Assembly: GCA_004431415.1 (NCBI GenBank)
Contig: QPMI01000121.1
Span: 137,156 to 201,155, forward strand
DNA from: Cyanophora paradoxa CCMP329
Taxonomy: Eukaryota; Plantae; Glaucophyta
DNA: 64,000 nt
Direction: 5' to 3'
Numbering within the stretch: position 1 is the stretch's first letter; every line of letters starts with the position of its first letter. Positions 40,144 through 53,527 of the stretch are shown here, one piece after another. The position numbers were made by a program, and so were the translations under genes. The notes below the pieces were generated by a model, which had not been told where the DNA came from, made no database searches, and saw only the letters and a program-made list of their open reading frames with translations.

Positions 40144-40873
40144 TATACATGTGGGCCGGTGATGTGGCCGCCGGCCGGTAACTTAGTAATAACTTAGTAA
40201 TAACGTACTTGAAAACATTCAATTATTGTCTCTCTATACGAGTCGCCGACTCGCTGAAATTCGTGAAATTCGTTGAAACGGTGCGTGAAAAAAACGATAT
40301 GAACAGCGACACAAAAACCGTTTTTTTTCAGTACACACAAATATGGATAGGATCCGGAGAAATTCGGAAGTTTAATTTGTGAATCATGGCATGCACATGC
40401 ATGTGATATCGATGCATGAACGGTGGTGGTCCTGGTGGATCATCCGATACTGTTCGCCAAACGTTCAACGGTTTATCGCGCTGACTATTAATCACCGAGA
40501 CTCTGGATTTCTCCTGTGGCGCCAATGCCGCGCGCGCCATACAAAAGCGGCAGTTTACCGGCGTTTAGCCCTACGGTCCGTAGTGACTCCCTACCCCTTG
40601 AGAATTGCCGCGGCTCTAACTTAGTGAATTGCCGAATTTATTCGGCTTCGAATTCTCAGCATGCAATTTACGGTCATTTAAAATTCCGGGCCGGGTCCTC
40701 CGCGGCCGACTCTCGTCGCCGAGTCGTCGGACCCTAAATCCAAGGCTCGGAGGGCCCGAGCCTCCGACTCCGACGCCCTCCTGGGAGGGCCGGAACTCGG
40801 GGCCCGGGCCCGGAGTCCCGGACTCCGGACTCCGGAGTCCGGAGTCGAGGGGGAGTCTACTAGTACTAGTCTA

Positions 40874-41122
40874 CTGTAAACGTACTAATATCCGCCAGCG
40901 CTTTAATTCGACAAAACCCGAAAATCCTGTCGAAAATTAGTCCGCCAGCGTCTTGATTTCGACACCCTGCGACTTCGCCATAGAGAGGTCAGCCGCTGCT
41001 ACCCCTCTCTCCATACAAAGGCTTAATTCGCCAGGCTGACGCCAGCGTCAAATATTCGACAGCGCGAGGGTCTGGCGAATATAGTCGAAATTAAACGCTG
41101 GCGGAAATTCGTACGTTGACAG
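40874..41122. mobile_element. Tc1/mariner-type MITE with TA target duplication and about 38-bp imperfect TIRs
   Basis: TA|CTGTAAACGTACTAATATCCGCCAGCGCTTTAATTCGAC ... GTCGAAATTAAACGCTGGCGGAAATTCGTACGTTGACAG|TA. Related copy at 10920-11147. Confidence 0.8.
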
Positions 41123-41229
41123 TAGTAGCTGTCCTCCAATGGACCTCCACTGCACTGGGAGACAGAAATTAAGTTTACCATATGGTAAACTTAGGGGGTG
41201 GTAAAGGTGTGCCGTTTGCGTTACCACAC

Positions 41230-41355
41230 GGTAAAGTCAGGGTGGTAAAGTTGGGGTGGTAAAGTTGGGGTGGTAAAGTTGGGGTGGTAAAGTCAGGGTG
41301 GTAAAGTTGGGGTGGTAAAGTCAGGGTGGTAAAGTTGGGGTGGTAAAGTCAGGGG
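41230..41355 (+). repeat. Nine tandem 14-bp subterminal repeats GGTAAAGT(TG/CA)GGGT
   Basis: Read directly from the sequence. The GGTAAA core also forms the arms of the palindrome TAAGTTTACCATATGGTAAACTTA. Confidence 0.9.
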
Positions 41356-41603
41356 GGGGGGTGTAGCGTTTCGGTGCAGCGGTTCGTTTTTTTTTACTGT
41401 TTTTTTATTTTTTTTGTCAATGCTATCTATATCAATCCATCTGGGAGAGACACTGCGCACGATGTGCTCTATTCTATCTAATCGGTATGATGTTTGCTCA
41501 TGCTTTGAGTTCCTGGAATCTGGGACGGAATTCTTCTTAGCTGGACGGGTGGACATGGGCCCGGGGTGTGCGCATGCGGGCAGGCAGGATGAGCACCAGA
41601 TCA

Positions 41604-44600
41604 TTACTCCAGCTCATCTTGACCAATCTGGCTGCGGCGCGCAGTTATCTCGTCCTCGTCCGACGACATGCCGGACTCATCGACATCAGGAATATTTGGT
41701 GCCACTGCTGCAGATGATTGCCCCATGGCAAGTGAGGCCAGGACGTCCAGTCGCTCTGAACGTGATGAAGATTCTTGCTGAAGTTTCGCGTCCATTGCAG
41801 TCTCATCCTGCATCATGGTGTTGCAGCTCCGACACAAGGAGAGGAAAGTAAAAGAGTGAACGAACCTGGAGACGGACATTAGCGTCCTTGAAGAAACGAC
41901 CGTAATCGGCAGTCGCTCTTTCGAACTCGGGATTCTGAACGCGATGGAGCGAAGAATCGGCTTCAAATCGGCGCGCGATCTCTGCCTCATCAGCCTCGTC
42001 CTGTCGATGGCGAGATTGCTGCTCGACCTGCTCAGCCTGAAGCTTCTTCGTGTCCCCGTCATTCGAATTCTGACTGTCTTGTGTGGCTGCTTCCGTCTTT
42101 TTCCTCATCTCCTCCTCCTCCTGCTGCCTCTTGTCCTTCCGCGCTTCCCTGTCAGCTTCAAAGGCTTCGCGGTACACCCATTGCTCAATGACCCAGTCTT
42201 CAGGCACATGAATCTACGGAATCATGGGTCAAGTGCTTGCCGTCCAGTATTTTCATATACTTAAGCTTCTTACCACGTCACTGCGACTCTTTGCCAGCAA
42301 ATCGTGCAGCTTGTTGCTTGAGCCGAATCCGAGCTTATCAGCGACCAAAGTCGGTGGCGTCGGCGAAACTCCAAGCCAGTATGCCCTGAACAAAAGACGT
42401 CAAACAAGTCGCGGAATTTTGCATTATTGATGCGCAGTCACATCATATCCTGATCCGCGACTGTGTCTTTCAGAGGAGTATACACTTCCGTAGGATGGAT
42501 ACTCTTGAAGATCGTATTCTTGCAAGCATGGCGCGTACCTGCGTTGGAGAATCATAAAACTAATGCTAGATTGCGAGAAAGACAACAACTGAAAGGCGCA
42601 CGACCCCCAAACATGAAATGGCCTGGCTTCGTGCGGAATCCGAGGAAAGCGGGAACAAGGAAGCCTTTCTCGGTCTTCTCCCAGTGCGTTACGACAACGC
42701 CGTCAGCGGTCCGCTCCTCGAGATTGTATTCCAGCCGGAGGTCAGAACGAATAGCATCTTCTGACCAGAAGGGAGGCTCGGACTCGTGAACGTTTCCAGA
42801 TCCCGGCTGGCGGCGGGCGGCTGAAACAGGGAGTTTGACGAGGACCCGCTGGTTCCGGTCCCCTTTTTCCTCGTTGTGCACTTTATGCGAGTCGAAATCC
42901 AAGTCTTCTTTGAGCTTGAGAGCAGCTTGCACATCACGACGGAGTCGCTGGTCATCCGTCTTGCTTCGCTTGGCTTTCGGAGCATCCAGCTGCGGCGTAT
43001 GCAAGTTAATGAGTAGACAAACGTAACCGGCGAGTATCACCCACACCGCCGATGACGAGCTGGAATTCAGCGAATCTTGATCAGACCCCCCCCCCCCCCC
43101 CCCCTCTCTCTCTCTCTGTCTCTCACTGAAAAGAAAACCCCGAAAGAAGACACTCGAAAACCGCATTAAATAGAGAAGCAAACAGGCGCAAATGCAAATG
43201 CAATGCAACGCAAAGCGGCAATTGAGACGCAAGTGAATTCGCAAGTGTGACTTGAATGACTGGGTCCATCTCGAGCACCTAGCTGCACCGGTCAGGTTGC
43301 CGGGTTGCTGACCTGCCCGTGCACGTGGCGACTTCCTCTCTTTGCAGAAGCCCGGGCGCACGCCGTCCATCTCGAGCACCTAGCTGCACCGGTCAGGTTG
43401 CCGGGTTGCTGACCTGCCCGTGCACGTGGCGACTTCCTCTCTTTGCAGAAGCCCGGGCGCACGCCGTCCATCTCGAGCACCTAGCTGCACCGGTCAGGTT
43501 GCCGGGTTGCGGACCTGCCCGTGCACGTGGCGACTTCCTCTCTTTGCAGAAGCCCGGGCGCACGCCGTCCATCTCGAACACCTAGCTGCACCGGTCAGGT
43601 TGCCGGGTTGCGGACCTGCCCGTGCACGTGGCGACTTCCTCTCTTTGCAGAAGCCCGGGCGCACGCCGTCCATCTCGAACACCTAGCTGCACCGGTCAGG
43701 TTGCCGGGTTGCGGACCTGCCCGTGCACGTGGCGACTTCCTCTCTTTGCAGAAGCCCGGGCGCACGCCGTCCATCTCGAACACCTAGCTGCACCGGTCAG
43801 GTTGCCGGGTTGCTGACCTGCCCGTGCACGTGGCGACTTCCTCTCTTTGCAGAAGCCCGGGCGCACGCCGTCCATCTCGAGCACCTAGCTGCACCGGTCA
43901 GGTTGCCGGGTTGCTGACCTGCCCGTGCACGTGGCGACTTCCTCTCTTTGCAGAGGCCCGGGCGCACGCCGTCCATCTCGAGCACCTAGCTGCACCGGTC
44001 AGGTTGCCGGGTTGCGGACCTGCCCGTGCACGTGGCGACTTCCTCTCTTTGCAGAGGCCCGGGCGCACGCCGTCCATCTCGAACACCTAGCTGCACCGGT
44101 CAGGTTGCCGGGTTGCGGACCTGGCTCTGTCAATAATGGCTCCGATGGTGTTCTGCAAAAACGCAAGCGCGAGAGCAGTGTGCAGGCACATGTATCTATG
44201 AACAACTAGATAGATGGAAAGAAAGGATGAAGAGCAAAGACAGCGGGTGAAGAGACATTGATTGACAGAGGGCACACGTTTTTCACAGAGGCGTCGTCGC
44301 CATCGTCGTCCTGATCCCTGTTCATTGAAGAAACGCAAATCATTAGTAACATATATATATTGACACAACGGAGGAGAAATCGCTCACTGATCTCTTGAGC
44401 TTCGAGCCCTCCTCCCTCCTCCTCCACCCCCTTGCACTTGTTTCCCCTTGCTGCCCGCGCCAGTTTGCTTGCTTACGGATGCAGATGCCTTGTTCCTCGG
44501 CTTCTTGGAGGCTACAGCACTATTGGCTTCGGTCTCCTCCTGCATGTATGCTCGTTACAGATTCGATTTAAGGAATCGATAAAATTACGAAAGAACGGAC

Positions 44601-47600
44601 GTGATCCATCAGAAGCAGGCCAGATGTTGGCTCGGATGCATTTGTGTCAACAGTGCTCTTTTGAAGAAGATTCCCTGCCCAGAAAATCGCTCGTTTCGCT
44701 CCGTTCGCCACTTGCATAGTCGGCTGCACCGGGACTGCAGTCATGAAACTAGCAACGAAAACGACCTTGGAAAGGTTACGTGACTTACAACCTGCGCGGC
44801 GCCAATCAGTCCAGTTGCACGTGATGTGCACAATCATAGAATCCTGACTGACCAGCTGCACCGTGATCTCTTTTGCGACGCCTTTCTTCATGTAGAAGTA
44901 TGGAATCCGTTTCGGAACCCATCTTGGAGTGACAGATGTCACGACAACCAGATCGTGGGCGCTCTGTGTGGCATCGCGAAGGGCCTCGTCATGACAACAC
45001 GATTACTGGCGTTCACGAGGAAGCATTCAACGCATGCACCTCCTCCACTTGGAACAGGTTGGCCCGTGCAAGCTGCGGATTGACAAAAGATAAATCCACT
45101 CGGCCGACGTACAACCCTGTCCCGACTATCTCGGCTGTCGCATTCGGAGCCCCAGCGTGCATCAAGTCCACAAGCTCGAACTTTTTGAAGCGCATTAGAC
45201 TGTCAGGAACCGCTTCCGGTGCAGTAAGGAACGGATTCACTGCGAAACGAAATCAGGTACGTCGAGATGTCGAATAATAAACGAGAAGTACTGAAGTCTC
45301 CGGGGCTGATGATCTGCTTAGAGAACTTTTCAACCTCTTTTGCCCGCTGAACTTCTTGGTGCAGCAGGCGTTTCATCTTTTTCGGGCCATTATACAAGGT
45401 TGCACCGTTCTGTCGCAAGAATGAGAACAATTTGGACAGCGCTTTAAAAATAATGGCTGGCACACAGCCACAGTTGTCCTCCATTCCGTGCTGCGACTTT
45501 GAACAAGATATCTCACATGACTCTTGAGCCAATCCATCGCAAGCTTTTCCGTGTACGGCTCCTGACGTGCGGGTGGCGGCGACTGATGATTAGGAAAACA
45601 AAAATATGAACCGGTGCTGGAGTTCCGTCAGGAACTCCTTCAGGATAAACGCCGTTTGCCGTCATCGTGCAACAGGTGTACTTGAGGGCCAGAAGGATGC
45701 GTTGAATCAGCGCTGTGGCGGACAATCGGAATTCAAAAAGATATGATATTCCGAAAAAGCGATTCGCACGGCTGAACGATGCCTTCATCTCAGCCCAAAT
45801 GGGTTGCCCGAGTGCGTCCCAAATGGCCTGAAGATATACCAAGAAATTGATACGAATAAAAGGAGACCGAGCATTGTGAACGAAGACTCGAGGATTCGTT
45901 TCGTCGCGCTTTCCGAGAAAAGAGAAGCCTGAGCGTGGTTGGGCGTTTTGCGATGGCCGGAAAGCAACCGAATTGAAATCCGAACCCAGCGGGACGTCCA
46001 CGCAATTAACGCCCACAGGAAGCGTAGTGTCGTAGTTGTTTTCTCTGAGCTTCGCGAAGAGTGCAAGAAGAGCTTCACGCTGTGCATTCGGTACGACACG
46101 GATTTCATCAACGAATGAATCCAAGAACGGTCATGAAGAAAGCGAACGGCCAAGGCGGATGACTGGTTTCTGCGACTCTGGTATTCAACGGTCCCAATCA
46201 GAAGTCTCACTGAAGCCTCCAGCTTCGCCGTGAAATCTGCAGGGACTTGTGGACGGCCACTGAAGATCGTGTTCGAGACGTCTGCGGCTTTGATCATGCT
46301 TTGATTATGTGTGTGTTGGCTTTGAGATCCGCACCAAAAACGCTCATAATATCGTTGACAAAAAACTGCACTTGAAGAGGCCAAAGCTCCTCTGGATCGT
46401 TTGCAGGCTTCCTGAGAACCGTAGCTGTTTGTGAGAGCGTAAGTATTCCAATGGGCGATTGAAAACAGCAATCGAGTTCACCCCACGCGTTGACTTTACT
46501 GCGGCTGCTCGAAAGGCGGTGCGCAGCGAGGCTCGCGTATGAGTTCTCCTTCTCCGACCCCTCGCGATCGGAGCCTTCGTTGTTGTTCTCATCGCTCTTC
46601 AAAAGGATTGCTGTCGACGATTTGCCGACTGAATTCAAGCTCTCTTCCGTCGGAATCTGCACTTCCCATCAGCTAACGATAGCGAAACTCTTCAACAGAA
46701 CCACATTTCGAGCAGCAGTTTTCGCTGAATTCAAAGTCGAAGCAGTTTTCGCTGAATACAAAGTCGAAGCAGTTTTCGCTGAATACAAAGTCTGCTTTCA
46801 CGAAAAAATGGGCGTAAGCGTCGCGGAGGAACAAAATTGCAGACATAGAGAAAGACAGCACCTTCAAATGACCTCTCCCTTCAGCAGTCTGAGGGCAAAG
46901 CATCGACCAGATTTTTAGCAATCGGCAGTATCGAAATCGAAAAAGTGAAACAGCAGAAAGACACCTTCAGCGAAGAAAGAATCGCAGCCTCCTGTACAAT
47001 ATTTCCGCCAGAGGAGGATGCTTCCTGAAAGCAACAGCAACGGCAAACGTTTCAGCACTCGGGCATCAGCATTCGAACGCTCGAATTGCCGAAAGACACC
47101 GTCAAAGGAGTTCTGGAGCGGCCGCCAGAGGAGTTTTCGGGCTGCAAATGAGAAGAAAGCTCTTGGCATCGGCTTTCAAGTCCTGAAAGCGCTGGGATGC
47201 ATGCACACCGCTGGAACGGGAGTCGACGCGTGCGCGGACTTCGGTTCGAGGCCTTTGCTTCGGTTTCCACAGCTCGGGACCTTTCCAATACCTGAACATG
47301 TAGTATTAGCTGTGATTTCTGCGGGGTCGAAGTAGCCTGCGTACATTCAACGCAAGTATTTCTGGCCAGAGTGTGTTTCCTGGCCGCTTCTTGACTCTCT
47401 TCCAGAAGAGCATCAACATTTGAAGGATCCATCTCAACTTCGTCTGCCAGCAAGTCACAGGAGCTGTACGGGGAATTATCATTTCGCAAGACAGCTTCGT
47501 TTTTCCAAAACGGATGCGCACGTGATTGAGGCCAAGCGTTTATCGATGCCGCGAACATGCCGAACAGCAGCAAAAAGCTCTCTTACGCTTTTCATCGCGT

Positions 47601-48100
47601 CGTCGAGAACAGACGGAATGACGATTTTGCCAGATATCGGCACCACTCCGTTCACAGCTTCGACTGCAGCTAGAAAAGCTCGTTCAACCTCCAAAAACCT
47701 GTTTGGAACCAGGCCCGTTGGTCTGATCGCGACGATTGCATAGCTATAGAAAGGAATCTAACGAGGGCGCACGTTTTCGTATCATAGTTCATGTGCACGG
47801 CCGCGGGTTCTGCACGTCCACAATCTCTGCGCAGATTATCACACGTTTGCAACTGCGGCATATCCACAGCGTACGCGTACTCATAGACTTTCTGGAGCTC
47901 ATCGAACAACGCAGTCCTCGCCTTGAACACATTTGCTTTCAGCGCTACGATTACTGCGCAGGGTTGGTAGGCTTGGTAGAGCGCATGCACAGAAGCGTAA
48001 CATAGTACAGGAATGCGCACCACTTGCAGAGCTAGCTGCCGCCGGGATCGCCGGCAACGCATGCACGCCACTGGTGCTCACTGGCGGCCGCTGGCTGGCC
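41604..48100 (-). CDS. One or more multi-exon transposon accessory genes (possible TnpA/ORF2-like); exon structure only partly resolved
   Basis: A chain of minus-strand open exons with splice signals ends at stop 41604-41606. There is a charged coiled-coil near the C-terminus (41850-42200). Segment KFELVDL...IVGTG...VVVTSV...RIPY...W (44790-45190) loosely resembles the C-terminal beta domain of CACTA ORF2 proteins. Confidence 0.45.
43264..44122. repeat. 101-bp minisatellite, about 8.5 copies
   Basis: Unit GTCCATCTCGAGCACCTAGCTGCACCGGTCAGGTTGCCGGGTTGCTGACCTGCCCGTGCACGTGGCGACTTCCTCTCTTTGCAGAAGCCCGGGCGCACGCC, with only three variable positions. The ORF track repeats at 101-bp offsets. Confidence 0.95.
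46715..46792. repeat. 27-bp tandem repeat, about 3 copies
   Basis: GCAGTTTTCGCTGAAT(T/A)CAAAGTCGAA x3. Confidence 0.85.
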
Positions 48101-48388
48101 ATTTGGGCAGCCAAGTCTGCGAGACAGCGCTTAGTGACATTCTGTTGATGTCTCATCGCCCTGCTACAGGTGCGCATCTCATCGCTAGCGGCACACTACA
48201 GGTGGGCAGACTGGTGTTCCGGGCTTCGGAAAACTCCGATCGCACTAGAACAAGACTAAGGACACTAAGGAGAGCTCCAGATGCTTACGGATGGTCGAGA
48301 TGCTCCACGCCGACGTTTTCAAACTGCGCAGTGTACCCCCCCGCCCGGGCGGGGGGGGGGGTGGAACTTGGAGGTGAAGCACCGCGGC

Positions 48389-51300
48389 ATGCAGCGCTTA
48401 GAGCGACAGCGGTGCGAATGTCAGAAGTGTCAAGGCAAGTTAGTGCGCCCGGAGGTTTTCAATGCACATCAACTGCTAGCACACACCGGTTTCAGTAGCA
48501 GCGATCGGCAAGTCGAGTGCACTTGCTCGCGCTGCAACGGAAAGCGCGTCTCGTCTTGGGTGCAAAGGATACATTTGCATCTAGACAAATATGGATCCAG
48601 TCTAGTTGAGCAGGCTGCCCGGAGAGCTCCTGTAAGCGATTTCGTTCCTTTCGTAGCCGAAGTTCTTGACGTACCGGTACCGATCCCGACAATTTCGCTT
48701 CGAGCGGTACTGAGAAACAAAAGATCAGCAGCCTCGGCAGCACTTCAATGTGCAAGTACCGAGCCAGCTATAGGCAATTCGAAACGCAAACGTGTCAACA
48801 AGAAACTTGCTCATATGCTGCGAAGGTTGGGTAGATATCATGACCGTATTGGTCCTCAAGATACCGGCAATGAAGAAGAACCTGAATCACCTATCGTCAA
48901 TGGCATCGATGGCGATGATCAACGTGATCATGATGAGCCTTTAGACGACCCAGCCGCAAAGGAAGGCCAAGCGGACGACAAACCTGCAGACCAAGCTGGT
49001 CTGGATCAAGTGGAACAAGGCAATGAGTCGGATCATGATCAGGACGCAGCGCTCGACGGTTCAGATGATGAATGCAATACCGATAGCCACAGTTTCTATT
49101 CTGAGCCTCTTTTCGAGGGCTGTAAAGTGACGGTGCGTGAAGCATCATTGAATATATTGCATTATATCGGCTTGATTGGCTCTTACTGTTCTCTAGCGCA
49201 TGGATTACATCACTTTTTGCCTCGCATTGAAGAAACGCTTTACACAAGCACCTGTGGAGATGTTTGCATCAATCAATGCGGCTGTGTCTCTTATCATTGA
49301 GGGCCAGCGAACTGCAACGAAGCAGCTTGGGTCTTGGAAGAGAATGGTTCGAGAAATCCAAGAATTCGTAGCGGTAAATGATCAACCACTCTCCTTTAAT
49401 CAGCCTTTAACGTTCACGTTCGCCTGCTCAGCCCTCCGTCACTTTTAGGACGTGTGGGTATAAAGAGACGAAGCACAAGGTAGCGATTTGCAAGACAGTC
49501 TGGATGGAAGACGGGACTGTTCCTCCAAATACGCTCTGCGAGTGTGGCCAGTCCACCTATGCCGATGGTGTGGTGGGCTTCTATTTTGATCCGACCCGGA
49601 GTTTCCAGCAACTTCTCAACAGTCCGTCGTATTATCCCCGGTTCCAGTGCGTGCATTGGAATATTCCGATGCGGACAGGACTGATGAATTCGAAATGTAC
49701 ACAATGGCGTCCAGTTACGGCGTTCGCACAATACAGGTTGGGGGTGAACGTGTTCCAGATTACTACTTGCGGTCACAAGATTCCGACATCCAACAGCTCA
49801 CTGGAGACTTTGTTCAGTCCAGACTGTTCGCAGCTCTTCACGAGGAGGGCTGCGTGCGCATTTCTGACGGCCTTGGAGTTGTGTGCGCATACTCTACAGA
49901 TTCCGCAGTGACGCACAGCTGGTCAGTTCCACACCCACAGCTTATTATGATTTCTGGGCTCTAATGGCGTGCTTCTAGGTCCCACGGCGGCTCTTTCACC
50001 CCTGTGTTTGTGATACCTATGTCTGCGCATCCTAATTGGCGGTGCGTGATCATGAGCTCCCTTCCGGCTTTTTCTCATTTCTCTCACATTGTTCCGCTCA
50101 GCACTGCGATGCAACGCCTTGTTTTTCTCATAGATGGGAAGCCGAGAAACTTTGATGGAATGTTCCGCGTATTCCTTACACCGTGGCTTGTTGCCAACCA
50201 GCCGCCATCCCCAGGAGTCCCCGCTCGTGAAAGCCAAGGGTTTGCAAGCGTCTCAATCTGTAACTTCCTTTCAATCTTTCAATACTGTTGTGCAGAGTGG
50301 GGTTTTGCAATCCTCTCACCGGCAAACCGGACAAAGCCTACTTCACAATGGCTCTCAATATCGATGACCTCCCCGGATGCGCAACGGCATTTATGATAAG
50401 TTCGCGTAACGCATCCTTGCCCGGCTTTGTATTCAAGGACAGGCTTAACATTTCTGCAGCATCGCACAGTGGCGAGCATGGCCATCCGCTTCGCAAGGTG
50501 GATTTCTGGAAAACGCAAAGCAAAACCGCCGGGAAAAACATGTTTCAAGCACACGATCTCCCGCTCAAACACTGGATGCGGGAGTTATGCGCACTGACCA
50601 AGGATGATGATAAACCTCCATCCGCCCGAACGGACTACTGCATGGTGCATCGAGCCAACGGACCGAAAAGGTCACACTGCAGCTGTTCTGACGTCCTTCG
50701 GTACAGCGAGCCGACGGATATGCTGTAGAGATCCAACGCCAACGATGGTTTCGGAGAGAGATTACGCAAACAGCGTTTGTGCAATTTGTGAAGACGCAAA
50801 CCTTCGGTAAACGTTTAGTTATGGATATGAGTACACATCCTTCGAACGTTGCGTCCAATTTAATGTCTATGACCAGGCGTGCAAGGCTTGCCGACTCTAG
50901 CGGGATGGCCACACTTCCGGCTCGGCCCGCTGTGCGACTTCAGCGAGAGCGATTGGGAGTTCCTGCGGCGTGGCCAGCTGAACTTTGACATGGATGTTGA
51001 CCGTTCAGGGGCGCGGCATACTGACGAATTCCACCTCGTCAAAAACCGTCTGGCGGATATCTTCAACTATCTTCGCGGCAACGCGAATAACGGTGATAAG
51101 CTCAGTTCTGCCTCGATCCAGTGTGTAGTTTCTTCTTCAAACTTCCATTCGTGGTTGATTTACAACTACTTAATTACTTACTTTCGTCGATTCGAAGGTT
51201 GAGTATAAACATGGATGTTCTCGTCCTGTACAGAGCGCCAAGCGAAGCGGAAATACGCTGCGCGGAGGAAAAGATGGAAAAAGATCGGCGACTTTACGAA

Positions 51301-53448
51301 GCGGCGCTGCGCATCGGCAAGCCTCCTCCACGCCAGCCAGTCGACCTTGTCGCGGAGCTCGAAGATAACGCGCCGTTTGCCTGGGAAGCCACTGAGCGGT
51401 TGTACGATGCTATCGAGCGTGTTGCAAGGCTTGCACGATATCCGCACTTTTCAGGAACAACGGTAAGAATGAAGTTCGCCAGACGTCGACCAAATTTAGA
51501 GGGAAGTTCGCCATACCAAATCGAGAAGAGCGGAGTGCTGAATTGAGAACAGCGGAGTACTTCACGCTGAAATCGATCTAGATCTGCCAGACCCGCAATG
51601 TAATTTATTATAACAGTACTAACCATGTGTGCAGATGGACGAACCGTCGTTTTTACGGACTGGACGAAACTTTCAAAAGTTCGCTATTGCAGACGTGGCA
51701 GGCGACATTCTTCGTATGTGTCTCGATGCGGACATGGATAAACATAATTGCCTCTATCGGATCCTCGTAATCAATCAACTGGACGTCCTGCACGGCATTG
51801 GATCGAAGGTAACGTTGAGAAAGCAATTGCGCAAAGGCTCCGACACGTCCATGACGTCGTAACAGATTGTTTATCCGGACTTCTTGCTTGAACTCCGCAA
51901 ACTAGCAGTCCTTACAAGGGGTGCCGAACGTCACTACATACCCGTGCCGTTCTGGACAATGTATGCAGCTCTCGTTGTTGATGCGTGCGCGAACCATTGC
52001 CTGTGGCTTGCCTGCAATCGGCTTAAATGTGCGAAGAGTGGACGGATGCATCGAGCTGGGGCCGGCGCCAGCAGTTTCTTCCCGTGGAACGGAGCGGGGC
52101 GGTCACAATGTGAAAGTTACTGCAGGAATCGGCGCACAATCATCCCTGATAACGAGTGCTGCCCGACGAACGCAGGCAAGTTGTGAAATTGCAATGCATA
52201 TTGAATTTCGGTATTGGAGACGTTTGAACGGATTTTGTTTGCAGGAAATGGGAGCCCTTGCCGTCCTGCAGCATGCAACAAGCGAGTTCTTGAACAAAAT
52301 TCCACACCTTCTTGACACGGAAAAAGCCGGTGCCATTCGGAAGGGCAAACGTGGCTACAGCTACGATATTCACACAGCTGGCGTCGAATACAGTAAGAAA
52401 ACCAAACCAGAGCTGGGGTTCATTCTTGAAGGAAGGTTCGAAATTCGAATTCGCAATTGCCGCCGCCAGCTGCAGATCTAGAGTCTAGATCTGCCCCACA
52501 TTGATGACAAACTCGCATTAATTCTGCACAGTGATGACAATCACGATGAAGAGTACGGTGGCTTAATCTCTTCGTTTTGCGAGCGGGAGGAGCTGTTCGG
52601 AAATCCCCCGTATCTGGCCGTTTTCTTCGACCTCTACGTTGACGAGCGAGAGCGATTCATAGAGACTAAAGGCACCTGGTTCGAACCATCCGGATATCGA
52701 TCCGCCCCTTGTTTGTTTCTTCGTGATCATGATCAGCATGCGCACCCAGGCCGAGCTGGGAATACACGATAGAACTGTATTGCCGGAGGCTGGGCCCTGG
52801 CGTCCGATGGATCCGCACTTCTCCAGCATGCCTCGAGAATGGATTGGCGTCCCACCTCGAAAGGGAACTATGTATCCTTGCTTTTACGCCAACCACCACC
52901 TGTTCATTTCCAGCGAACTCTCAACCGACAAGCACGACAGCTCATTCATGTCCTTTATCGCGATGGTTCCCCGACGGCAGCTCTGCGACGAGGGGGGCCA
53001 TCCCTACCCTATCATTCCCCTCGGGCGAATGGGTTACCTCAGCGCCGAGGAGATCCAAGCGCATCCTGACCGGCGAGAGCCGGTCCGGCGCTATGCTCGT
53101 GCCAGAGGCCTTTTCGAGTTCGCCCACGCAAAGGCACCCGGGGGTGCGTTTCGCATCATTCGAGCTGCGGTCTACCCCTTCTCAGCTTGCTCGTTTATGC
53201 CCAACTTGAACTGCGACCGAATCGACATCACCAAAGAGGACCCTCTCTGTCGTTGGGTGTGGCCTGACACCATCGAGCCTTGGCGCCTGATGCCTCTCCC
53301 CGACCACACATCGTCGCAATTCGAGCGTGTGCTCCCTAACCCAACAATCGATCACCTTATCAGAGCTCAGCAGTGCTTCCCAGATAAGGGAGAGGTTAGG
53401 AACTTTCTTGGCGAGCGGCTGCCGTTCACGTCCCTGCGTAAAACGTAG
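48389..53448 (+). CDS. Spliced EnSpm/CACTA-family DDE transposase (TnpD-like)
   Basis: Collinear family motifs: two N-terminal CxCxxC..H fingers, an acidic linker, PLFEGCKVTV, CECG...FYFDP..SFQQLL, STDSAVTHSWSHGGSFTPVFVIPMSAHPNWR (first D about 49899), FLIDGKP..FD..FLTP, LNIDDLPGCA (second D about 50366), DEFHLVKNRLADIF, IELGPAPAVSSRGTERGGHNVK (E about 52092) and C-terminal FYANHHLF...DSSF...RYARARGLFEF. Stop TAG 53446-53448. Confidence 0.85.
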
Positions 53449-53527
53449 CCTACAGCTGCATGCGCAAGACGTCATTTATGCAAATAATTAGCTTGTAACA
53501 AATTTATTATTTCTTGTGGCCTGCGGC

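Noticed and set aside
41230-41355. G-rich GGTAAAGTTGGGGT array as an interstitial telomere
   Set aside because: The 14-bp unit has two variants, sits next to a CACTG end and shares its core with an inverted pair. It fits transposon subterminal repeats better.
42677-42687. TCTCCCAGTGC as the right TIR of a short CACTG element
   Set aside because: The 11-bp match lies inside an open exon (THWEK) and has no subterminal repeats. It is probably chance.
43264-44122. Regularly spaced repeats as a CRISPR array
   Set aside because: Units are contiguous and identical apart from three SNPs. There are no unique spacers or cas genes, and the context is eukaryotic.
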